From NCBI GenBank assembly GCA_017459425.1, contig JAFUCZ010000004.1, positions 1 through 63,418 on the forward strand: a stretch of DNA of 63,418 nucleotides. Reading direction: 5' to 3'. This document shows, piece after piece, positions 45,679 to 53,453 of this stretch. Below the pieces are notes generated by a model. It was not told the origin of the DNA, searched no databases, and saw only the letters and a list, made by a program, of their open reading frames with translations. The stretch comes from Bacilli bacterium (lineage in GTDB: Bacteria; Bacillota_I; Bacilli_A; RF39; UBA660). The translations under genes were made by a program, and so were the position numbers. Position 1 is the first letter of the stretch. Every line of letters begins with the position of its first letter.

Positions 45679-47144
45679 TGGATTATATGAGTATGGGAAT
45701 TAAGGAGTTACATGAAAAATTAAAAAACAAAGAAGTAACTTCAAAACAATTAATTGAAGAATCTTTAAAAAAGGCACATTCATTACAAGAAGAATGTAAT
45801 CCATTTGTAACAATTATAGATGACGCTAAAGAATTAGAAGTGACTGATAATTTATTATCTGGTATACCATATGGAATAAAAGATAATTATAGTACAAAAG
45901 GAATTTTAAGTACTGGTTCATCAAATACATTAAAAGATTATGTACCTTTCTTTAGTGCTACTGCGATAAAAAATTTAGATAAAGCTAATGCTGTAGGTGT
46001 AGCAAAAACAGTACTAGATGAATTTGGCATGGGTGGAACTGGAACTACTGGACATACAGGAATTGTAAAAAATCCTTGGGATAAAACTCGTATGTGTGCA
46101 GGTTCTAGTGCAGGAAGTGCTTGTAGTGTAGCAGCAGGTGTTTATCCATATGCTACAGGAAGTGATACAGGAGATTCAATTAGAAAACCAGCTGCATATT
46201 GTGGAATTGTTGGATATAAACCAACATATGGAATGATATCTCGTTATGGTTTATTTCCTTTTGCTAGTAGTTTAGATCATTGTGGAGTATTAACTCGTAG
46301 TGTAGAAGATGCTGCAATAGTTGTAGATAATATGAAAGGTATAGATCCTAATGATATGACAAGTTGGGATTCAAGTGATATTAATTTATATTCAAGTTTA
46401 GATAAAAATGTATCTGGAAAAAAACTTTGTTACATAAAAGAAATTTGTGATATTAATAATTATCCAAATGCTACACAAGAATTAATTAGTCATTTAGAAA
46501 ACTTTAATAAAACAATAGAGGTATGTAAAGAATTAGGTATGGAAGTAAAAGAAGTTAGCATTGATAAAACATTACTTAATGCAATTGCTTCAACTTATGT
46601 TGTTATATCTTGTGCTGAAGCAACAAGTAACATGTCAAATTTAACAGGTATTATTTTCGGACCTAGAGCAAGTGGTGATACTTATATTGACATGATGAAA
46701 AATTATCGTACAGAAGGTTTTTCACCACTTATTAAAAGAAGATTTATAATTGGTTCTTATGTTTTACAAGCACAAAATAAAAATAGATATTTCTTTAATG
46801 CACAAAGAGTTAGAAGATTACTTGTTGATGAATGGAAAAAACTATTTAACGAGTTTGATGCTGTTATTCTTCCAGTAGGTAGTGGGCCAGCTAAAAAATT
46901 AGATAATTCTAAAGATGCATTAGATGAATCAACTACTGTATTAGAAGAACATTTACAAGTTGGCAATTTTGGTGGATTCCCATCTATTACAATACCAAAT
47001 GGTTTTGTAAATAATTTACCAGTTGGTGTAAATATTACTGGAAATTGTTATAAAGATGTTGATGTTTTAAATATAGCAAGCGCTATTGAAGAAAAACTAG
47101 GATATAAAAACCAAATAGCAAAGGAGGTAAATAATGGAATATAA
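45678..47144 (+). CDS. gatA: Asp/Glu-tRNA amidotransferase subunit A
   Basis: Amidase signature (GIPYGIKDNY, CAGSSAGSACSVAAG, GSDTGDSIRKPAAYCG). Confidence 0.95.
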   Translation: MDYMSMGIKELHEKLKNKEVTSKQLIEESLKKAHSLQEECNPFVTIIDDAKELEVTDNLLSGIPYGIKDNYSTKGILSTGSSNTLKDYVPFFSATAIKNLDKANAVGVAKTVLDEFGMGGTGTTGHTGIVKNPWDKTRMCAGSSAGSACSVAAGVYPYATGSDTGDSIRKPAAYCGIVGYKPTYGMISRYGLFPFASSLDHCGVLTRSVEDAAIVVDNMKGIDPNDMTSWDSSDINLYSSLDKNVSGKKLCYIKEICDINNYPNATQELISHLENFNKTIEVCKELGMEVKEVSIDKTLLNAIASTYVVISCAEATSNMSNLTGIIFGPRASGDTYIDMMKNYRTEGFSPLIKRRFIIGSYVLQAQNKNRYFFNAQRVRRLLVDEWKKLFNEFDAVILPVGSGPAKKLDNSKDALDESTTVLEEHLQVGNFGGFPSITIPNGFVNNLPVGVNITGNCYKDVDVLNIASAIEEKLGYKNQIAKEVNNGI

Positions 47145-48591
47145 AGCTTTAATAGGACTTGAAATGCATTGTGAAATAAGTAAAACTAATACAAAAGTAT
47201 TTTCAAGTGCTGAAAATTCTTATAAAGAAACACCTAATACGAATATTAGACCAGTTGACATGGCTTTTCCAGGTACACTTCCTGTTGTAAATAAAGAAGC
47301 AGTAAAAAAAGCTTTAATGGCAAGTATGATATTAAATTGTAAACAACCTGAATATATGTATTTTGAAAGAAAAAATTATTATTATCCAGATTTACCTAAA
47401 GGATTTCAAATTACACAAGAAACAAAACCAGCGCCTGTTGGTATATATGGACAGTTAGAATACGAATGTAATGGAGAAATAAAAATAGCTAAAATAAATA
47501 ATATTCACTTAGAAGAAGATGCTGCAAGTAGTGATCACTATAGTAGTTATTCAACTATTGATTATAATAGAGCAGGTGTACCACTTTTGGAACTAGTAAC
47601 AGAACCTATATTTCATTCAGCAGATGAAGCAGTAGCGTTTTTGGAAACTATGAGAAGTATATATCAATATACTGATATTAGTGAAGCAGATAGTAAAAAA
47701 GGACAAATCAGATGTGATGTAAACGTATCAATTATGGATGCATCTTTAGATGAAACTGATCCTAAAAACTGGGGTACTAAAATAGAAATAAAAAATGTTA
47801 ATTCATTTGGTGGAGTAAGAGATGCAATAAATTATGAAATTAAAAGACAAACAGAAGCTAAAATGGATGGAACATATGATTCTATGGAACAACAAACAAG
47901 ACGTTTTGATGAAGAATCTGGTACTACAATTTATATGAGAAGTAAAGTAGATGCAATTGATTATAAATATTTTATAGAACCAAATATTCCTAAATTTAAA
48001 CTAACTGAAGAATTTTTAGATTCTATTAGAAAAAGTATTCCACTTTTAGCGCGTGAAAAAAAGGAAAAATACATAAGTGAATATGGATTATCTAATTATG
48101 ATGCTACAATACTTGTAAAAGAAAGAAGTATATCTGAATATTTTGATGCCATTGTAGAACAAAATGTTGATCCTAAAATTTCTTCTAACTGGGTAACTAG
48201 TGTAATACTTGGATATTTAAACAAAAATAGTTTAGAAATAAATGAAATATTTGTAACACCTAAAATGCTTGCCGAATTAATAAATCTAGTAAGTAGTGGT
48301 AAAATATCAATTAAACAAGGTAAAGAAGTATTATTTGATAGTTTAGAAAAAAATATAGAGCCTAAAAAAATAGTAGAAGAAAAAGGAATTTCTCAAATAG
48401 GAAATGAAGATGAAATCAGAAAAATAGTAATTAGTGTATTAGATAATAATCAAGATAATATAGAAAAATATAAATCTGGTAGAACTAATGTGCTTGATTA
48501 TTTAGTTGGTCAAGTAATGAAAGAAACTCGCGGAAAGGCAAATCCTGCAATTACAAGAAAATTGATGCAGGAAGAAATAGAAAGGAGATAA
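47134..48591 (+). CDS. gatB: Asp/Glu-tRNA amidotransferase subunit B
   Basis: Typical GatB N-terminus (IGLEMHCEI...) and a YqeY-like tail. It overlaps gatA. Confidence 0.95.
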   Translation: MEYKALIGLEMHCEISKTNTKVFSSAENSYKETPNTNIRPVDMAFPGTLPVVNKEAVKKALMASMILNCKQPEYMYFERKNYYYPDLPKGFQITQETKPAPVGIYGQLEYECNGEIKIAKINNIHLEEDAASSDHYSSYSTIDYNRAGVPLLELVTEPIFHSADEAVAFLETMRSIYQYTDISEADSKKGQIRCDVNVSIMDASLDETDPKNWGTKIEIKNVNSFGGVRDAINYEIKRQTEAKMDGTYDSMEQQTRRFDEESGTTIYMRSKVDAIDYKYFIEPNIPKFKLTEEFLDSIRKSIPLLAREKKEKYISEYGLSNYDATILVKERSISEYFDAIVEQNVDPKISSNWVTSVILGYLNKNSLEINEIFVTPKMLAELINLVSSGKISIKQGKEVLFDSLEKNIEPKKIVEEKGISQIGNEDEIRKIVISVLDNNQDNIEKYKSGRTNVLDYLVGQVMKETRGKANPAITRKLMQEEIERR

Positions 48592-48592
48592 T

Positions 48593-50326
48593 ATGTATAG
48601 AACAAATTATTGTGGATTATTAGATGAATCTTTTGTTGGTAAAGATGTAACTTTATCTGGATGGGTTGAAAATATAAGAGATCATGGTGGAGTAATATTT
48701 GTTGATTTAAAAGATATAAAAGGTGTAGTACAATTAGTTAGTAATGATGAAAATATGTTTACATCATTATCTAAAGAATCAGTTATTAAAGTAACAGGTA
48801 CAATTAGACAAAGAGAAGTTGATGATTATAATGAAAAAATTTCAACAGGTAAAATTGAAGTTCTTGTTGATACATTAGAAGTTTTATCAAAAGCAAATTC
48901 TTTACCTTTTTCAATTGCAACTTCACGTGAAGTAAATGAAGAAACTCGTCTTAAATATAGATATTTAGATTTAAGAAATAATAAAGTTAGAGATAATATT
49001 TTATTTAGAGCAAAATTATTAAAATTTTTAAGAAATAAAATGGATTCATTAGATTTTAATGAAGTACAAACACCAATAATTACAGCTTCTTCTCCTGAAG
49101 GGGCACGTGATTTTATAATTCCATCACGTAAATTTAAAGGTAGATTTTATGCTCTTCCTCAAGCCCCTCAAATTTATAAAGAACTTTTAATGGTTGCTGG
49201 ATTCGATAAATATTATCAAATCGCACCTTGCTTTAGAGATGAAGATTCAAGAAGTGATAGAACACTTGAATTTTATCAACTTGATTTTGAAATGAGCTTT
49301 GCAACTGAAGAAGATGTATATAATATTGGAGAAGAAATTTTTTATGATACCTTCACTAATTTTAGTGATAAAAAAGTATCTCCAAGGCCATTTAAAAGAA
49401 TTAGTTATAAAGAATCAATGTTAAAATATGGAACAGATAAACCAGATTTAAGAAATCCACTTGAAATTATTGATATTAGTGATGTATTTAAAGAATCTAG
49501 TTTTAAACCTTTCAGAGGAAGTATTGTTCGTGCAATTAAAGTTGATGATTTAGCAACTAAATCAAATTCATGGTTTAATGAAGTTGTTGATTATGCTAAA
49601 AAAATAGATATGCCAGGTATTGGATATATTTCTGTTTTAGAAGATAATACTTTTAAAGGTCCAATTGATAAATTTTTAACTGATGATGATCGTAAAGCAT
49701 TAATTGAAAAAGCAAATTTAAAAGTAAATTCAGTACTATTTTTTATAGCTGATAGAATGGAAAATATTGCTAGTAAACAAGCAGGTCTTATAAGAACTTA
49801 TTTAGCAAATAAATTAGATTTAATAGATCATGATAGTTTTGAATTCTGCATTATTAATGATTTTCCTATGTTTGAATATAATGAGGAAACTAAAAAATAT
49901 GATTTTGGACATAATCCATTTAGTATGCCTCAGGGTGGTATTGATGCATTAGAAAATGAAAAAATAGATGACATAAAAGCATATCAATTTGATTTTGTAT
50001 GTAATGGTTATGAAATGTCTTCGGGTGCAGTAAGAAATCATGATATCAAAAGTCTACAAAAAGCATTTAGTATGGTTGGATATGATGAGAGTGTAGTTGA
50101 AGAAAAATTTAAATCACTTTATAATGCATTTAAATATGGATGTCCTCCACATGCTGGTATGGCTCCAGGAATTGATAGAATGTTAATGCTTCTAAGAGAT
50201 GAAAATAATTTAAGGGAAGTTCAAGCATTCCCAACTAGTGTAAGTGGTGAAGATAAATTAATGGGTTCACCAAGTGTTGTATCAGAATTACAACTTCGTG
50301 AAGCACATATTAAAATTAGAGATTAA
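48593..50326 (+). CDS. aspS: aspartate--tRNA ligase (bacterial type; possibly non-discriminating)
   Basis: OB-fold N-domain and class II motifs (FRDEDSRSDR, GIDRMLM). Co-operonic with gatCAB. Confidence 0.93.
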   Translation: MYRTNYCGLLDESFVGKDVTLSGWVENIRDHGGVIFVDLKDIKGVVQLVSNDENMFTSLSKESVIKVTGTIRQREVDDYNEKISTGKIEVLVDTLEVLSKANSLPFSIATSREVNEETRLKYRYLDLRNNKVRDNILFRAKLLKFLRNKMDSLDFNEVQTPIITASSPEGARDFIIPSRKFKGRFYALPQAPQIYKELLMVAGFDKYYQIAPCFRDEDSRSDRTLEFYQLDFEMSFATEEDVYNIGEEIFYDTFTNFSDKKVSPRPFKRISYKESMLKYGTDKPDLRNPLEIIDISDVFKESSFKPFRGSIVRAIKVDDLATKSNSWFNEVVDYAKKIDMPGIGYISVLEDNTFKGPIDKFLTDDDRKALIEKANLKVNSVLFFIADRMENIASKQAGLIRTYLANKLDLIDHDSFEFCIINDFPMFEYNEETKKYDFGHNPFSMPQGGIDALENEKIDDIKAYQFDFVCNGYEMSSGAVRNHDIKSLQKAFSMVGYDESVVEEKFKSLYNAFKYGCPPHAGMAPGIDRMLMLLRDENNLREVQAFPTSVSGEDKLMGSPSVVSELQLREAHIKIRD

Positions 50327-50355
50327 AAAAATAAACCTTTTTTGGTTTATTTTTT
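50322..50355 (+). repeat. 34-bp direct repeat, copy 1 (aspS stop and terminator)
   Basis: ATTAAAAAAATAAACCTTTTTTGGTTTATTTTTT is identical to 51014-51047. It contains the hairpin AAATAAACC/GGTTTATTT. Confidence 0.9.
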
Positions 50356-50372
50356 TAATTACACATATAATA

Positions 50373-50426
50373 ATATTGACAATATATTGAAAATATATTG
50401 ACATTTTTAATAATAAATGCTAATAT
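50373..50426 (+). promoter_or_regulatory. TA-cassette promoter with three 11-bp-phased ATATTGA(C/A)A repeats
   Basis: Repeats start at 50373, 50384 and 50395. TTGACA (50398-50403), 17 nt, TAATAT (50421-50426). Confidence 0.55.
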
Positions 50427-50449
50427 TTAATTAGATTGGAGATGAAATT

Positions 50450-50734
50450 ATGGCTAATATTTCAAATGCTATTAATATGAGCTTTAGGGTTGACAAAGAT
50501 TTAAAAAAGCAAGCAGATGAATTATTTAGAAATTTAGGTATGAACACAAGTGTTGCTTTAAATATGTTTTTAACTCAAAGCGTAAGAGAACAGAGTATAC
50601 CATTCATTCCATCGATAGAAATACCAAATGCAAGATTAATGAGTGCTATTGAAGAAGTAGAAGCAATTGAATCCGGAAAAATAAAAGCAAAGAAGTATAA
50701 ATCTTTTGAAGAAGCTATAGAGGATATTGATTAA
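50450..50734 (+). CDS. dinJ: RelB/DinJ-family antitoxin
   Basis: N-terminal ribbon-helix-helix pattern FRVDKDLKKQADELFRNLGMNTSVALNMFLTQSVREQSIPF. Confidence 0.8.
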   Translation: MANISNAINMSFRVDKDLKKQADELFRNLGMNTSVALNMFLTQSVREQSIPFIPSIEIPNARLMSAIEEVEAIESGKIKAKKYKSFEEAIEDID

Positions 50735-51018
50735 TGAAATATGAAATAATTTTAACATCACTTTTTAAGAAAGAATTAAAAATAATAAAAAAAAGAAGTA
50801 AAGATTTATCTAAACTAACTGAAATTGTAAATAAATTAGCACGCGATGAAGAATTAGATGTTAAAAACCGAGATCATGCATTAATAAATAATATGAGATT
50901 TAATAATTGTAGAGAATGTCATATAGAGCCTGATTGGCTACTTGTATATAAAAAAGATAAAAACAAATTAATTTTGTATTTAATTGAAACAGGTTCACAT
51001 AGTGATTTATTCCATTAA
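50734..51018 (+). CDS. yafQ: YafQ-family (RelE superfamily) mRNA interferase toxin
   Basis: DHALINNMRFNNCRECHIEPDWLLVYKKDKNKLILYLIETGSHSDLFH matches the YafQ C-terminal signature. It overlaps the antitoxin stop by 1 nt. Confidence 0.8.
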   Translation: MKYEIILTSLFKKELKIIKKRSKDLSKLTEIVNKLARDEELDVKNRDHALINNMRFNNCRECHIEPDWLLVYKKDKNKLILYLIETGSHSDLFH

Positions 51019-51047
51019 AAAAATAAACCTTTTTTGGTTTATTTTTT
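51014..51047 (+). repeat. 34-bp direct repeat, copy 2 (yafQ stop and bidirectional terminator)
   Basis: Identical to 50322-50355. It also contains the stop codon of the convergent minus-strand gene. Confidence 0.9.
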
Positions 51048-51926
51048 GTATACATAAATAGAATCTTTAGAATTTTTTTGCTTACTATCTATATTATATT
51101 TAATTATATTTTTACTATTTATAAATGTTTGCTTATTATTTAAATCATCATTATAAATATAATCAATTATTATACTTCCATTATTATTTAAGTGATTTAA
51201 TAATTCATTTTTTATAACATAAATCCAATTATCTTCTAAATTATCATATAAATTATCATAATAATTATCATAAATATCGGTTGATATAATATTAGATAAA
51301 TCAATGATGTCATATTTTTTGTCTAATTGAGATGAAATATAAAATAAATCACTGTTTATAAATTTGAAACTTTCTTTTAAATTAATTAATTTGTTCCTTA
51401 ATTTTTTATATTCTGTATCGTTTTTATAAAAAGGAATACCTGTTTGTATGTAATCTTTATTTAATCTAAATGTTTTGTTTTTTACTAAATTATTTAAATT
51501 AGGATCTGTTGCTTTTTCTAAATAATTCTTCCAAAAATATAAGCTATTTTTATCTAAATTATCAAATAATTTATATATTATTTCTTTTTTTGTATTAAAT
51601 AGATTATAATCATCAGTTATTAAAAATTTTAAAAAATCATTTAATGTTGTGAATGTTTTAAAAGCACTTATTTTTAAAGAAACATAATATTTTGTAAGTT
51701 TATTTATATCATATGTTGTAATACTTTTTGAATCTTTATACAGTGCGAATAAATATTGATCACCAGAGGATAATGGGAGTAATATATCTTTGTTTTTATA
51801 GTTTAGTTTTTTTTCGACTTCTTCTAGATTTTCACACGCATTACTAAATACAGGACCATATTCACAAAATCTATTTTGTAGTGGAACATTTAGAGCTAGT
51901 TGTATATCTAAATCTATATCTTTCAT
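51039..51926 (-). CDS. hypothetical protein, possibly DUF3419/BtaA-like
   Basis: 295-aa ORF. LPLSSGDQYLFALY...TTYDINKLTKYY resembles the N-terminal SAM-fold segment of that family. Weak by-eye call. Confidence 0.55.
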   Translation of the reverse strand: MKDIDLDIQLALNVPLQNRFCEYGPVFSNACENLEEVEKKLNYKNKDILLPLSSGDQYLFALYKDSKSITTYDINKLTKYYVSLKISAFKTFTTLNDFLKFLITDDYNLFNTKKEIIYKLFDNLDKNSLYFWKNYLEKATDPNLNNLVKNKTFRLNKDYIQTGIPFYKNDTEYKKLRNKLINLKESFKFINSDLFYISSQLDKKYDIIDLSNIISTDIYDNYYDNLYDNLEDNWIYVIKNELLNHLNNNGSIIIDYIYNDDLNNKQTFINSKNIIKYNIDSKQKNSKDSIYVYKK

Positions 51927-52031
51927 GTAATCCTCCTTACCACAAAAAAATATTATAAATATTAAATTAAATTATGTCAATCAATATTTAAAAAAATGTT
52001 AAAGAATGGTAAAATAAATTCGGTGAAGTTT

Positions 52032-52901
52032 ATGGATGGAATTTTAATTGTAAATAAAGATTTCGGATGTACTAGTAGGGATGTTGTAAATGAAACATGT
52101 AAAATTTTAAATACTAAAAAAATTGGACATACTGGAACACTTGACCCAATTGCTACAGGTGTATTAGTTTTATGTGTAGGACAAGCTACTAAATTAGTTG
52201 AAATTATTTCTTCGTTAGATAAAGAATATATAGCTGAAGTAACTTTAGGAACTCTTACTGATACGCTTGATAATACAGGCAATATTTTAAAAGAAGAAAA
52301 AGTTAAAATTACAAAAGAAAAAATAATTGATACATTAAATAATATGATAGGAGTTTATGATCAAGAAGTACCAATTTATTCTGCAATAAAAGTTAAAGGT
52401 AAAAAATTATATGAATATGCAAGAAATAATGAAGAAATAACTTTGCCAAAAAGAAAAGTTACAATTAAAGAATTAGAATTAATTAGTGATGTAAAATATG
52501 TTAATGATAAAACTATCTTTAGTATTAGATGTAGTGTAAGTAAAGGAACTTATATTAGAAGTTTAATAAGAGATCTGGCACTTAATTTAAATACTATAGG
52601 TATAATGTCTAAGTTAAATAGAATTAAGCAAGGGAAATTTAATATAGATGATAGTTACACATTAAGTGATATAAAAAATGGTGATTATAAATTAATACCT
52701 ATGTTAGATATTTTAGATAATATAAAGCAAGTTAATGTAGATGATGAATTTGAAATTAAATTAAAAAATGGATTAATATTAAATAATATATATGGCGAAG
52801 ATGTTGTTTTATTTAAAAATAATAATAGATTAATTTCTATATATAAAACATATGGAAAAGATGAAAGTAAAATAAAACCATGGAAGACTTTTAAAAATTA
52901 A
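52032..52901 (+). CDS. truB: tRNA pseudouridine(55) synthase
   Basis: MDGILIVNKDFGCTS start and catalytic GHTGTLDP motif. Confidence 0.92.
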   Translation: MDGILIVNKDFGCTSRDVVNETCKILNTKKIGHTGTLDPIATGVLVLCVGQATKLVEIISSLDKEYIAEVTLGTLTDTLDNTGNILKEEKVKITKEKIIDTLNNMIGVYDQEVPIYSAIKVKGKKLYEYARNNEEITLPKRKVTIKELELISDVKYVNDKTIFSIRCSVSKGTYIRSLIRDLALNLNTIGIMSKLNRIKQGKFNIDDSYTLSDIKNGDYKLIPMLDILDNIKQVNVDDEFEIKLKNGLILNNIYGEDVVLFKNNNRLISIYKTYGKDESKIKPWKTFKN

Positions 52902-52933
52902 AACTATGTGATATAATTATCTCGAGGTGGATT

Positions 52934-53377
52934 ATGAAAAAATTTTTATGTTTATTTTTAATTTTATTTATTTCAGGGTGTGGTAATAAAAGTGGAGTTA
53001 TGGAGTGCACTAGAACTACTAATCAATCTAATTTAAGTATGGATTTAAAGTATACTGTTTCTTATGAAGGGAAATATGTTACAAAAGTTAGTAGTGTAGA
53101 AAAAGTTACAACTGAAGATGAATTTGTACTTGATGCATATAAAAAACAACTTGAAACTATATTAAGCTCTTATAAAGATATTAAATATTATGATACTGAT
53201 ATTAAAACTGATAAAAATACAATAACAAGTACAATAAATATTGACTATAAAAAAATTGATACTGATGCGTTAATTGATATTGATTCTGCAAATGCTACTT
53301 TAATTAAAGATGGTAAAGTTCGTGTTTCTGATTTAGAATCAATGTATAATAGTCTAGGAATTACTTGTAGCAAATAG
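52934..53377 (+). CDS. lipoprotein (YehR/DUF1307-like)
   Basis: Lipobox LFISGC, 147 aa. Confidence 0.7.
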   Translation: MKKFLCLFLILFISGCGNKSGVMECTRTTNQSNLSMDLKYTVSYEGKYVTKVSSVEKVTTEDEFVLDAYKKQLETILSSYKDIKYYDTDIKTDKNTITSTINIDYKKIDTDALIDIDSANATLIKDGKVRVSDLESMYNSLGITCSK

Positions 53378-53453
53378 AAAAGATTATTTTAAAAAATAGT
53401 CTTTTTTTTTAGAGTAAAATGGTATATAATTGTAAAAGAGTAGGAGAGGGAGT

